A DNA stretch of 62,717 nucleotides, the filler included, from a candidate division TA06 bacterium SM23_40 (GTDB taxonomy: Bacteria > LJUI01 > SM1-40), in the NCBI GenBank assembly GCA_001303705.1. It is 6 parts of 6 records of this genome, joined end to end, with 100 filler letters (N's around TTAATTAATTAA, not from the genome) between each part and the next. Parts side by side here need not be neighbours in the genome. Positions count along the whole stretch, not along the records: positions 1 to 24,414 come from LJUI01000021.1; 5 more parts are not named here. The stretch is one strand, 5' to 3'. A model generated the notes under the pieces. The model did no database searches. It saw only the letters and a program-made list of their open reading frames with translations, and had not been told where the DNA came from. A program made the position numbers and the translations under genes. Shown piece after piece: positions 10,105 through 19,974 of the stretch. Position 1 is the first letter of the stretch. Every line of letters starts with the position of its first letter.

Positions 10105-11346
10105 ATGGCTCCGGAGCTGAACTACGCTTTGCTGGCCGCCGCGGGCCTTCTGGCCGTTTTCTTTCTGCTGTTGGCGCTCAATGCCAGGACGAGGGTGCGT
10201 GGGGTGGAACAAGAGCTGTTGATGCTCAGCAAGAGGATCGAGCGACAGAAGGGCGAGCATCGCAAAGAAGTGGCAGCGACCCAGCGGAACATCGAGACCC
10301 TTGCGCGGGAGATCGACACGAGGCGTCGGCTGTTCGTCATTCTGCTCGATCTGGCAAAAGAGCTGGGAGCGAGTACCGATCGGGCTGATATCTATGCGCT
10401 ATTGGTCAGGTCGGCTCACCGGCTGGCAGAGGCTCAGGAAGTCGAGCTCTTCCAGACCCGACCGGCGAGGACCGAGCTCTCCCTCGCCGCCCATATCGGC
10501 CTGCCTTCAGGCATCCCGCCCGATGTCGCCATTCCCATCGGAGAGGGATACATCGGGTACACAGCCCAGAAGCGCCTGCCGATGACCATCGCGGATTTTC
10601 GGATGGAGAGCAACCTCGCCCAGCGGGAGATCGAATCTCCCTGGAATCAGCGGTTTCGAACAGACATCTGTATCCCGCTCACGTACCGCGACAGGATCTT
10701 CGGCGTGATCAACGTCGGGGGGCTCGCCGAGCTGAGTGATGATGTCAAGTCGATACTGGTGATGATCGGGAGCCTGGGGGCGATGGCTCTGGAGAATTCC
10801 CGGCTGTTTCACGAGATCCAGGCCGCGAGCGAGACCGATGATCTCACGCGACTGCTCAACAGGCGGAGCGCACTCGACGTGCTGCGTCGGGAGATCGAGC
10901 GATCTCTCCGCTATGACCGAGCGAGCTGCCTGATCATCCTCGATATCGATCATTTCCGTCAGTATAACGAGGTGAACGGCCGTCCGAGTGGTGACGACGT
11001 GCTCCGCCAGTTCGCGGTGTTGCTCAGAGATCAGCTTCGCAACACCGACTACGTCGGGCGGTACGGCGGCGAAGAGTTTATCGTCGTGCTCCCCGAGACG
11101 GAGAAAGAGATCGCGGCTCGCCTGGCCGAGCGAATTCGGCAGGCCGTACAAGATGAACCGTTCTCCGGGGAGTCGAGCGTCCCCGGAGGCTGCTTGACTG
11201 TGAGCATCGGCCTCGCTGCATGCCCCGTGGACGCAGTAGACGTTGAGCGCATGGTGAGCATGGCCGAAAGAGCGCTCTATCAGGCCAAGCACGAAGGGCG
11301 CAATCGGGTCGTGATCGCCTCACGTGCGGAGGCACCGACCACCTGA
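10105..11346 (+). CDS. Membrane-anchored GAF-GGDEF diguanylate cyclase (intact GGEEF)
   Basis: TM helix, coiled coil and GAF domain, then DDLTRLLNRR, DIDHF and RNTD...RYGGEEF. Confidence 0.9.
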   Translation: MAPELNYALLAAAGLLAVFFLLLALNARTRVRGVEQELLMLSKRIERQKGEHRKEVAATQRNIETLAREIDTRRRLFVILLDLAKELGASTDRADIYALLVRSAHRLAEAQEVELFQTRPARTELSLAAHIGLPSGIPPDVAIPIGEGYIGYTAQKRLPMTIADFRMESNLAQREIESPWNQRFRTDICIPLTYRDRIFGVINVGGLAELSDDVKSILVMIGSLGAMALENSRLFHEIQAASETDDLTRLLNRRSALDVLRREIERSLRYDRASCLIILDIDHFRQYNEVNGRPSGDDVLRQFAVLLRDQLRNTDYVGRYGGEEFIVVLPETEKEIAARLAERIRQAVQDEPFSGESSVPGGCLTVSIGLAACPVDAVDVERMVSMAERALYQAKHEGRNRVVIASRAEAPTT

Positions 11347-11359
11347 GGGGGTGGAGTCT

Positions 11360-12580
11360 GTGACTGTTGAAATGTTGTTGTTGGTGCTGTCGCCCCTGGT
11401 TGTGGCGGTGGGTGCAATTGACTTGATCCGCAGCAGGAGGAAGGCTCGCGAGTTGAGGCGATCTCTCGGCAAGCGGAGAGAGGAGCTTGCTCAGGTGATG
11501 CGTGTCCACGAGGAGAGCATGAGCATCCTCCGCCGTGCTCTCCAGAACCTCGAACAGGAGAGGAGTGACAGTAGGAAGCTCCTCGAGTCGACAGTCAACT
11601 TCATCGGGCGAGTTCTCGAACACCGTGATCCCAGTCGCCGTGCGGCCGGTATCGTCGAGGGGGCGACGAGACTTCTGGAGGCGAAGGAAGTGTCGTTCTA
11701 CGTGCCGACCAGGGACGGACGGGACCTGGTGCTGCGCCATATCTCGGGCCTCGGATACGAGGAGGTCAGCGATGTGAGGGTGCGAGTGGGAGAAGGGCGA
11801 GTGGGAACCGCTGCCGCGCGCGGCACCATAATGCAGGAGAAGGACTTTGAACGGGAGGGTGTCCCGCCCGAGTCCGGTCTGCTTCCCGACGCGCGGTCGT
11901 GTGTTCCGCTCCTGGGCTGGGCCGGGCTGTACGGGGTCGTCGGGGTGGGGAGCACGAGTGTGGGGCGGATGGATGAGCGGCTCACCGTGATCTCGGGGTT
12001 CGGCGGCCTCACCCTGGAGACTGCCGCTCTGCTGCACCGTGCCGAAGAGGAGACTCAGATCGATGCGACGACCCGGCTTGTGAACCGTGCCAACGCACTG
12101 AGGGCTCTCGATCGCGAGATCGACCACGCGCGACGCTATGGCCGAACCCTCTCGGTCTCCCTCTTTGGAATCGACGGATATCCGCAGGTCGAGGGGGAGC
12201 CTGATACTGCACGGGGCGCCGCTCAACTGAGGGCGGTGGGCAAGCTTCTCGCCGAGAGTGCAAGAGACACAGACCTTCCGGCGCGACTTGACGAGGAAAC
12301 GTTCATCGTCCTGCTGCCCGAGAGCGGCCGGTCAGATGCGGTCGAGATGGCCGATCGAATTCGGAAGGAGTTCGAGGAGAGTACCTCGTCCGGCGAGATC
12401 CCGGTGATGTTCGGGCAGGGAACCATGAGCGGTGGGATCGCAACATTCCCGGAAGATGGGGACGATGCAGTAGTTCTCGTGCAGCGTGCTACCGACGCTC
12501 TGGTGAGAGCTCGAAAAGAAGGCGGCAATCGCGTGATCTCTTCCCCGTCACCGGATGAGGCCGGCGGTCAGTCGAGCTGA
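11360..12580 (+). CDS. Membrane-anchored GAF-GGDEF protein with degenerate active site
   Basis: Same architecture as the upstream gene. The A-site reads RLDEETF and the RxxD I-site (RDTD) is retained. The start is uncertain (11351-11372). Confidence 0.8.
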   Translation: MTVEMLLLVLSPLVVAVGAIDLIRSRRKARELRRSLGKRREELAQVMRVHEESMSILRRALQNLEQERSDSRKLLESTVNFIGRVLEHRDPSRRAAGIVEGATRLLEAKEVSFYVPTRDGRDLVLRHISGLGYEEVSDVRVRVGEGRVGTAAARGTIMQEKDFEREGVPPESGLLPDARSCVPLLGWAGLYGVVGVGSTSVGRMDERLTVISGFGGLTLETAALLHRAEEETQIDATTRLVNRANALRALDREIDHARRYGRTLSVSLFGIDGYPQVEGEPDTARGAAQLRAVGKLLAESARDTDLPARLDEETFIVLLPESGRSDAVEMADRIRKEFEESTSSGEIPVMFGQGTMSGGIATFPEDGDDAVVLVQRATDALVRARKEGGNRVISSPSPDEAGGQSS

Positions 12581-12660
12581 GCCGGGGGATGCCTGGGAGA
12601 TGATCATGTCGTCGTTCCTTGAGGTGTGTGCGAGGGTCAAACTGCCGGAGGTGAATAGAG

Positions 12661-13650
12661 ATGGACTTTGAGGCCACCCCTGGTCTGCGCAGCAGGCGTC
12701 ACCTTTGGAAGCAGCTTGCCGTCGAAATCGAACGCGCAGCCCGCTATCATCGCCCTCTTTCCGTGACCGTGTATGACGTGGATCATCTGGGAGCCTACAA
12801 TGAGAGGCACAGCAGGGAGGATGGGGATAAGGTGCTCGGGGAGATCGCGACGATACTCATCGCACAGACTCGTGCGGCCGACATTCCTGCGTACTATGGT
12901 GGAGGAACATTCGTCCTCGCGGTTCCGGAGGCCACAAAACATCAGGCATTCGGGCTCGCCGAGCGGGTGAGACGCATGGTCGAGTTCACATTCGCACCCG
13001 GGCGGAGGAGTCGCCACAAAGTGGCGGTGACGACGAGTGCCGGCGTATCGTCCTATCCTGCTGATGGAGAGGACCCGATGGAGCTGGTGAGAGCTGCGAG
13101 AAAGGCGATGAAAGCTGCGAAGAAAGCGGGTCGGAACGTCGTGATGAGCACACCCGAGGTGCCAGAGGTGGCCGTCCCCGTGGCTGCTAAGAGGGCCGCG
13201 GGGCCGAAGGCTGCCGCGAAGCCGAAGAAGGTTGCGAGGCCGAAGAAAGCAGCGAAGCGGGCCAAGCCGAAGCCGGCGGCGAGAGCTAGAAAGAAGGTAG
13301 CCGCCAGGCGGGCAGTGAAGAGGAAGCCGGCGAAGGCAAAGCGGGTGGGCACGAAGAGGGCGGCGAAGCCGAGGAAGGCGGCTGCCAGGCGTGTGAAGAA
13401 GAAGGCGGTGAAGAGGAAGCCGGCACGGGCGAAGAAGGTGACGAAGACGAAGAAGGCGACACGGGCGAAGAAGGCGACACGAGCCAAGAAGGTGACGAAG
13501 ACGAGGAAGGCGACGAAGGCGACGAAAACGAGGAAGACGTCAGTGAAGCGGCCGGCGAAGGGGGCCAGGTCGGCCAGGACGGCGAGGAGGACTGGCAAGA
13601 CGGTGACTAGGAGGGCTGGTCGATCCGCCAGGGGTGGGAAGAGGTCGTGA
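12661..13650 (+). CDS. Degenerate GGDEF domain fused to a Lys/Arg/Ala-rich histone-H1-like tail
   Basis: GGAGGTG RBS; DVDH and RAAD...YYGGGTF motifs; about 160-aa tail of AKPKK/AKKATR/KKVTKT repeats. Confidence 0.82.
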   Translation: MDFEATPGLRSRRHLWKQLAVEIERAARYHRPLSVTVYDVDHLGAYNERHSREDGDKVLGEIATILIAQTRAADIPAYYGGGTFVLAVPEATKHQAFGLAERVRRMVEFTFAPGRRSRHKVAVTTSAGVSSYPADGEDPMELVRAARKAMKAAKKAGRNVVMSTPEVPEVAVPVAAKRAAGPKAAAKPKKVARPKKAAKRAKPKPAARARKKVAARRAVKRKPAKAKRVGTKRAAKPRKAAARRVKKKAVKRKPARAKKVTKTKKATRAKKATRAKKVTKTRKATKATKTRKTSVKRPAKGARSARTARRTGKTVTRRAGRSARGGKRS

Positions 13651-13684
13651 GATGTAGGCGCTTCTCGCGGAGGGGAGAGGGCGT

Positions 13685-16264
13685 GTGAAGGTTACGATCG
13701 ATCACATTCTTCCGCGTGTAACGAAACCGATTCGGTATCTGGGCGACGAAATTCACTCCGTACACAAGGATCATACCCCGGATCGGCTCAAGGTGGCGCT
13801 CGCCTATCCTGACGTCTACGAGCTCGGCATGTCGAACCTCGGGCTCCAGATCCTCTATCACATCCTCAATCGGAGAGATGATGTAGTCTGTGAACGGGTC
13901 TTTGCGCCCTGGACAGACATGGAGGACGAGATGCGCCGCGGGGGGCTGCCGCTCTTCGCTCTCGAATCGCGGACGCCGATCCGTGAGTTCGACCTGTTCG
14001 GCATCAGCCTCCAGCACGAGCTCGCCTGCACCAACGTGCTCAACCTCCTCGATCTCGCCGGCATACCGCTTCACTGGCGTGACAGAGCACGTACCGATCC
14101 GATCATAGTGGGAGGTGGTCCGTGCGCATTCAACCCCGAGCCCGTCGCTGACTTCTTCGATTGCTTCGCGATTGGTGAGGGCGAGGAGGTTATCGGAGAG
14201 CTCGTGGACGTGGCGAAGGAGTGGCTGGCTACGGGCGATCCGAGAGCAACACTCCACCGTGAACTCGGCCGCCTTTCCGGGGTATACGTTCCGGCGCTCT
14301 TCGATGGTGCGCCGCCCGGCGCGTCGGCCCGATCATCGGAGCCCCGCGCGCGGGTGAGCAGGCGCATCGTAGAGGATCTGCGCCCTGAGTATGCTCCCCT
14401 GCCTCCTATCGTTCCGTTCTGCGAGATAACCCACGACCGCCTCGGGGTCGAGGTAATGAGGGGGTGCACACGGGGGTGCCGCTTCTGCCTTTCCGGCATT
14501 GGATACCGGCCGGTGCGCGAGCGCCCGCTCGAATCGGTCATCGAGATCGCGCGTCGCGGCCTGAGAGAGAGCGGCTGGGACGAGGTCTCGTTCGTCTCTC
14601 TCTCCAGTAGCGACTACTCCCGTCTCGAGGAGCTCGTGGAGCGACTGCCGCACGAGCTCGGAGAAGAACAAGTCGCCATCTCTCTCCCATCTCTGAGGCC
14701 GGACGCCTTCAGCGAGCGCCTCGCCAGGGGGCTGAGCCAGTTCCGCCGCACCGGCCTCACATTTGCGCCAGAATGCGGCTCGTGGCGGCTCGGTGGAGTG
14801 ATCAACAAACAGGTGGGCGAGGACGCGCTCCTCGACGCGATCGCGCACGCGTACACTGCCGGGTGGAGGCAGATCAAACTGTACTTCATGATCGGCCTCC
14901 CCACCGAGACATCTGACGATCTGCAGGGCATCGTCGATCTCACGCGGCGTGCAGCGAAGGTCGGGCGCAAGACGAAGGGCAGACTGAAAGTATCGATCTC
15001 TCCGTTTGTGGCGAAGGCACACACGCCCTTCCAGTGGACCGCGCAGGAAGGCATAGAGGAGATGAGGGAGAAAGAGCTCTTCCTGAGGCGGGCGCTCAGA
15101 TCGCACAACGTGACGGTCAAATGGCGAAGCCCTGAGATATCGTTTCTCGAGGGTGTGCTTGCGCGGGGCGACCGCCAGTTGGTGCGTGTTATCGAGAGGG
15201 CCTGGAGAATGGGGTGCCGATTCGATAAGTGGACTGAGCATTTCCACTACGATCGCTGGGAGCGAGCGTTCTCCGAGGAGGATATCGATCCCACAGCGTA
15301 TCTGCGAGCCAGGCCACTCGATGAGGTTCTCCCGTGGGATCACATCGATATCGGCGTCGCCCGTGCGTTCCTGACCGAGGAGAAGGCCCGCAGCGAGGCG
15401 GGCGACGTCACCCCTGATTGTCGCGAACAGACGTGTGTGCACTGTGGGCTGCCGTGCGAGGCAGAGGGACGCCCGCCCGCGCTCCTCGGGAGCGCGCGAG
15501 AGTCCGCCTTGCCCGCCGCCGAGGCCGAGGCCCCGGCAGCCACCTACGGCAGGCCCAAGAGGCGAGAGTATCGCCGTCCGCAGCCGGTAGCCACCCGGTT
15601 TCGCACGAGATTCAGGAAGACGCGTTCCGCACGTTTCCTCTCTCATCTCGACCTGATGCGGGCGATCATTCGATCAGTCCGCAGAGCGGGGCTGCCGCTG
15701 GCCTACTCGCAGGGATTCCGCCCGCACCCCAGGATATCGTTCGGTCCCCCGCTCGCGGTGGGAATGAGCGGGCAGTCGGAGTTCTTCGATCTCCGGCTGG
15801 GCAGGGGGTACCCGGGGAACATCGCCGCGGCGCTGGCCAAGTGGATGCCGCCCGGCATCGAGGTCGTCGAGGCCAAACCCATCTTCTCAAAGGCGCGCTC
15901 GCTCAGCGGGCTCATCAGCTCTGCCACGTACCGAGTGGAGGGGATTGATCGGGCGACCCTGGAGCGCATCGAGCCGAGGCTGGAGGAGATGATGGCCTGC
16001 GAGAGGATCGTGGTGAAACGCGTGACAGAGGGAGAAGCATCCGAGATCGACATCCGTCCCTACCTCAGCTCGCTACGTCTGGTCGATGGATCAGCGCTGG
16101 AGATGACGCTGAGATTCACACCCACGGGCACAGCGAGGCCGACTGAGGTCCTTACGGAGGTAATGGCGCGCGGTACCATCGATATCGCAGGTCTCCGCAT
16201 CGAGAGGACCGACTTGTCCGTGGAATGGGATGGGGAGGCGCGATCTCCCATGGACTTCATCTAG
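13685..16264 (+). CDS. B12-binding radical SAM protein (TIGR03960-type) fused to a radical SAM-linked domain (TIGR03936/DUF2344-type)
   Basis: YPDVYELGMSNLG, RGCTRGCRFC and KLYFMIGLP motifs; C-terminal FLSHLDL...YSQGFRPHPRISFG; usual position upstream of rne/rng. Confidence 0.92.
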   Translation: MKVTIDHILPRVTKPIRYLGDEIHSVHKDHTPDRLKVALAYPDVYELGMSNLGLQILYHILNRRDDVVCERVFAPWTDMEDEMRRGGLPLFALESRTPIREFDLFGISLQHELACTNVLNLLDLAGIPLHWRDRARTDPIIVGGGPCAFNPEPVADFFDCFAIGEGEEVIGELVDVAKEWLATGDPRATLHRELGRLSGVYVPALFDGAPPGASARSSEPRARVSRRIVEDLRPEYAPLPPIVPFCEITHDRLGVEVMRGCTRGCRFCLSGIGYRPVRERPLESVIEIARRGLRESGWDEVSFVSLSSSDYSRLEELVERLPHELGEEQVAISLPSLRPDAFSERLARGLSQFRRTGLTFAPECGSWRLGGVINKQVGEDALLDAIAHAYTAGWRQIKLYFMIGLPTETSDDLQGIVDLTRRAAKVGRKTKGRLKVSISPFVAKAHTPFQWTAQEGIEEMREKELFLRRALRSHNVTVKWRSPEISFLEGVLARGDRQLVRVIERAWRMGCRFDKWTEHFHYDRWERAFSEEDIDPTAYLRARPLDEVLPWDHIDIGVARAFLTEEKARSEAGDVTPDCREQTCVHCGLPCEAEGRPPALLGSARESALPAAEAEAPAATYGRPKRREYRRPQPVATRFRTRFRKTRSARFLSHLDLMRAIIRSVRRAGLPLAYSQGFRPHPRISFGPPLAVGMSGQSEFFDLRLGRGYPGNIAAALAKWMPPGIEVVEAKPIFSKARSLSGLISSATYRVEGIDRATLERIEPRLEEMMACERIVVKRVTEGEASEIDIRPYLSSLRLVDGSALEMTLRFTPTGTARPTEVLTEVMARGTIDIAGLRIERTDLSVEWDGEARSPMDFI

Positions 16265-16555
16265 GAGATCTCCCTCAGCCGTTCGGCAGGCCTTGCGCCG
16301 ACGGTCAGAATCAGCTTTACTTGATATGAACCCAGTTGGATTCCGCTGCGTACCCGATTCTTCTGGTCTTGAGGAGAGGGATATGCTACGCGCCACGGGG
16401 TAGCTCGGGAGGCCGGCAGACGAGATCGGCCCGCGGGTCGTGAGGAGGGGGAGAGCGGATGAAGCCCCCTGCGGGGTGCACGAGATGGCGCCCCGTGTGG
16501 GCGGCTCTGCCCCGGCGCTTCAGGGTGTGCGGCGGAACGAAAGGGAGAAGGAAGC

Positions 16556-18079
16556 GTGCATACATCTATCATCGTCAATGCCGACACCAGCGAGACGAGG
16601 ATTGCCATCCTCGAGGATCAGCGCTTGGTGGAGCTGTACATCGAGAGGGTTGAGCAGAAGCGCATGGTGGGGGACATCTACAAGGGTAGGGTTGTATCGA
16701 TCCTCCCCGGGCTTCGTGCCGCCTTCGTCGACATCGCCACTGAACGCAATGCGTTCCTGCCGCTTGCGGATGTGACTCAAGAGCTCCTCGAACTCGAGGG
16801 TATGGATGACATCGAGATCGAGGAGAAAGGAAGCAGGCGCGCGCCGATTGCTGCGGAACGCCTGAAGGAGGGACAGGAGGTTCTCGTCCAGGTCTCGAAG
16901 GAGACGATGGGAACCAAAGGTCCGCGTGTGACCTCCTACGTCTCGCTGCCGGGACGGTATGTCGTTCTGATGCCCGGTGTCGAACATATAGGGATCTCGC
17001 GACGTATCAGTGACCGCGAGGAACGGGACCGCCTGCGGAACATCGTGGCGAACCTGCGGCCGAAGGGGATGGGTCTCATCGTAAGGACGGCGGCCGAAGG
17101 CCACAAGGCCGCAGACTTTCGTTCAGATGTCCGCTCGCTCGTCCGGCAGTGGAACAAGATAAAGAAAGGTGCGGAGAAGAAGAAGGCTCCTTCCCTGATC
17201 CACAAGGATATCGGGCTGACACTCAAGCTGATCCGCGATCTCTTCACTCCCGAAGTGAACGAGCTGATCATCGACTCGAAGGACGAGTACAAACAGGTCG
17301 TCTCCTATGTCAACGCCGTCTCACGGCACCTCAGACCCAGGGTGCATCTGTACCAGGGCGATATCCCCATCTTCGAGAGCCACGGCGTCGAGGCTCAGAT
17401 CGAGAAGGCCCTGGAGCGCAAAGTCTGGCTGAAGACGGGCGGGTACATCACGGTCGATCAGACCGAGGCGCTCGCGGCCATAGATGTCAATACCGGCCGG
17501 TTCTCCAAGGAGCGCGACCCCGAGAAGATGATCCTGAAGACGAATACGGAGGCGGCGCGCGAGATCGCACGGCAGCTGAGGCTGAGAGATGTGGGAGGGA
17601 TCATCGTCATCGACTTCATCGATATGGTCAGGGAGGAGAACAAGCGGAAGGTGCTGAACGAGCTGAAGACGGCGCTCAAGCGCGATCGGTCGCGCACGAA
17701 GGCACTGCGGGTGAGCGACCTCGGGCTGATAGAGATGACCCGGGAGCGCGCCCGCCCCAGTCTCCTCCACACCTTCAGCGATCCCTGCCCGACCTGTGAC
17801 GGGACCGGCCGGGTACTCTCCAAGCTGACGGTGGCTCTCAAAATCGAACGGTGGCTGCGGCATGCGGGCCCGGAGCTGGTCAAGAAGCGGATTCAGCTCA
17901 GAACTCATCCGACCCTCGCCGACTATCTGAGTATTGAGCGAGTGGAGACGCTCTCGGAAATTGCCCGCCTCCATCAAATTGGGGTTGTGGTAAAGGGCGA
18001 TCCTTCTTATAGTATAGAAGACTTCCGCGTCTTCCTGCTCGACGTGAGCAAGGACATCACGGAGGAGTATGAGGCGTAG
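16556..18079 (+). CDS. rng: Ribonuclease E/G family (Rne/Rng)
   Basis: GDIYKGRV (S1 domain), AAFVDI, IDVNTG, RQLRLRDVGGIIVIDFIDM and the CPTCDGTG Zn link. Confidence 0.93.
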   Translation: MHTSIIVNADTSETRIAILEDQRLVELYIERVEQKRMVGDIYKGRVVSILPGLRAAFVDIATERNAFLPLADVTQELLELEGMDDIEIEEKGSRRAPIAAERLKEGQEVLVQVSKETMGTKGPRVTSYVSLPGRYVVLMPGVEHIGISRRISDREERDRLRNIVANLRPKGMGLIVRTAAEGHKAADFRSDVRSLVRQWNKIKKGAEKKKAPSLIHKDIGLTLKLIRDLFTPEVNELIIDSKDEYKQVVSYVNAVSRHLRPRVHLYQGDIPIFESHGVEAQIEKALERKVWLKTGGYITVDQTEALAAIDVNTGRFSKERDPEKMILKTNTEAAREIARQLRLRDVGGIIVIDFIDMVREENKRKVLNELKTALKRDRSRTKALRVSDLGLIEMTRERARPSLLHTFSDPCPTCDGTGRVLSKLTVALKIERWLRHAGPELVKKRIQLRTHPTLADYLSIERVETLSEIARLHQIGVVVKGDPSYSIEDFRVFLLDVSKDITEEYEA

Positions 18080-18184
18080 CTGGCGCTCCGCTCTGTCCGG
18101 ATTCTGCGGCCGGCCGCGCGCCCGCTCGCCCTTGGGCTCTTGTGGGAGGGTGGATTGCCCGCTATCCTTGCAGGGAGCCACCCA

Positions 18185-19969
18185 ATGGCCCAGAACGGAT
18201 CGACATCGGGTACCGATGTTACACTCTCTCCTGGCGACGGCCGCCCGTCGCCGGACGAGCCCCCGCAGACCGACCTGGATGGCCGGCGGCAGGAAACCGG
18301 CGATATCCGTGCCCTTGTCCAGGCGCTGATGAGGGCGTTCTCATCTCTCCTCTCCTATCCCTCGAATAGCCGTGTTCTCGTCAAGCAGAAGGAGGCTCTC
18401 GCGGCTCTCTTCGACCGGCACCTCAGTACGCACGACGACCTCCGGCTGACCCTCTCGGAGGAAGGATTCCACGCCGAGGGGGTATCCCTCCCGTCACATC
18501 AGAGACGCGCTGTCACGCTTCCCTTCCTGCTCTTCACCGGCGGCCTGCGGGAGATCATCTTCCACGTCGGCATCGATGCTGAGGAATTGTGGTCGTTCCT
18601 CGACGCAGTGCGAACGTGCGCCACACTGCCGGAGGATGACAGGGATGTGGAGAGCCTGCTGTGGGAGCGAGAGTTCGCCAATATCGAATATGTCGCTGTC
18701 GAGGAGCTGGAGACCGAGGGGGCGGGCGAGATCGAAGGGTGGTTCCGTGAACTGGAACTCCCCACCCTTGCGGCGAAAGAGAACGTGCCCCTGACGCATC
18801 TGGACGCCTCGGAGCTCGTCTCGTTCAAGGCGAGGTTGGTGCAGAGCGGTGGGGTGGGTCGGGATGCCCTTGACGTGGAGCCGGCCGAGGGGATCTCCGA
18901 GTTCATGGTCTGGAACGACCGTGATCTCGAGCAGATCGAACAGATAACCGACCGGACTCAGCTGCAGAGCACCCCGCAGCAGGCAGTCGATCTGCTGTCT
19001 GATATCCTCGAGCTCGAGGAAGTGGAAGAGAGGTGGACCGACATCATACATCTCATGGATGGGTATTATCGGGAGCTCATCCAGCGGCGTGACTTCCCGA
19101 GCGCGGTCCAGTTGATCGGACGTCTGAGGAAGATGGCGGCAGGCCAGGAAGCCGCCGCGGCCAGGGCCCAGACCGCACTCGAGAGACTACTGGCTCCGGC
19201 GGGAAGGGAGACGATACGGGAGACACTTGCCCAGGGGTTTGTGCCTGATATCGCCGCGCTGGAGCAGTTCCTGAGAACGATCGGGCCGGAAGTGATTCCC
19301 CAGCTCTGTGCTGCCCTCTCTATGAGCGCCGATAATAAGACACGCGAATCTCTGGCGGAGATGGTATTGAAACTGGCCGATGGGAACGCAAACCTCATCA
19401 TTCCCGTAGCAAAGGAATCGCCGCCGCAGGTGATTCTCGAGATCGTTCCCCTTCTGGGCCGCATCCCGACCGCCGATGCCCTGCGGGGCCTCGGTCTGCT
19501 CGCGCGGCATTCCGATTCGAGGGTCCGGTTGGCGGCCGTCGCCGAGCTGGTGAAGCGCGCCGAGCCGGATGCAGCTCGTCACCTCGTTCGTTGTCTCAGT
19601 GACGAGAACCTCGAGGTCCGGCTCAGAGCACTCTCCCGCCTATCTATGCTGAATGATGAGGGAGCGCTCTGGCAGGTCGTGGGCATGGTCGAGCACGCGA
19701 GCTTCTACCGGCGAAACAGATTGGAGCAGATGGCGCTCATCGAGGCGCTCGACCGGTGGAAGTGGGAAGGGGCAGTGGGGGTCCTCACTCAGCTCCTCCT
19801 GCGTCGCAGAGGTCTAGGAGGGCAGGATTATGAGCCCGTTCGGTGGAAGGCGGCGATGGCCCTGCGAAGCATCGGCACTGAGCCGGCGCGGAATGTCCTG
19901 GATCGCGGTGCACGGAGCTGGCGCAAGAGCGTGCGCCGGGCGTGTAGACGGGCTTTACAGGAGACCTAA
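18185..19969 (+). CDS. HEAT-repeat protein
   Basis: C-terminal HEAT-like repeats (DSRVRLAAVAEL, ENLEVRLRALSRL, VRWKAAMAL); ATG 18185 has an AGGGAG RBS. Confidence 0.75.
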   Translation: MAQNGSTSGTDVTLSPGDGRPSPDEPPQTDLDGRRQETGDIRALVQALMRAFSSLLSYPSNSRVLVKQKEALAALFDRHLSTHDDLRLTLSEEGFHAEGVSLPSHQRRAVTLPFLLFTGGLREIIFHVGIDAEELWSFLDAVRTCATLPEDDRDVESLLWEREFANIEYVAVEELETEGAGEIEGWFRELELPTLAAKENVPLTHLDASELVSFKARLVQSGGVGRDALDVEPAEGISEFMVWNDRDLEQIEQITDRTQLQSTPQQAVDLLSDILELEEVEERWTDIIHLMDGYYRELIQRRDFPSAVQLIGRLRKMAAGQEAAAARAQTALERLLAPAGRETIRETLAQGFVPDIAALEQFLRTIGPEVIPQLCAALSMSADNKTRESLAEMVLKLADGNANLIIPVAKESPPQVILEIVPLLGRIPTADALRGLGLLARHSDSRVRLAAVAELVKRAEPDAARHLVRCLSDENLEVRLRALSRLSMLNDEGALWQVVGMVEHASFYRRNRLEQMALIEALDRWKWEGAVGVLTQLLLRRRGLGGQDYEPVRWKAAMALRSIGTEPARNVLDRGARSWRKSVRRACRRALQET

Positions 19970-19974
19970 TACCG

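Noticed and set aside
16265-16555. Possible ncRNA or autoregulatory leader upstream of rng
   Set aside because: It is GC-rich and could fold, but I cannot recognise a specific RNA family or a convincing promoter.
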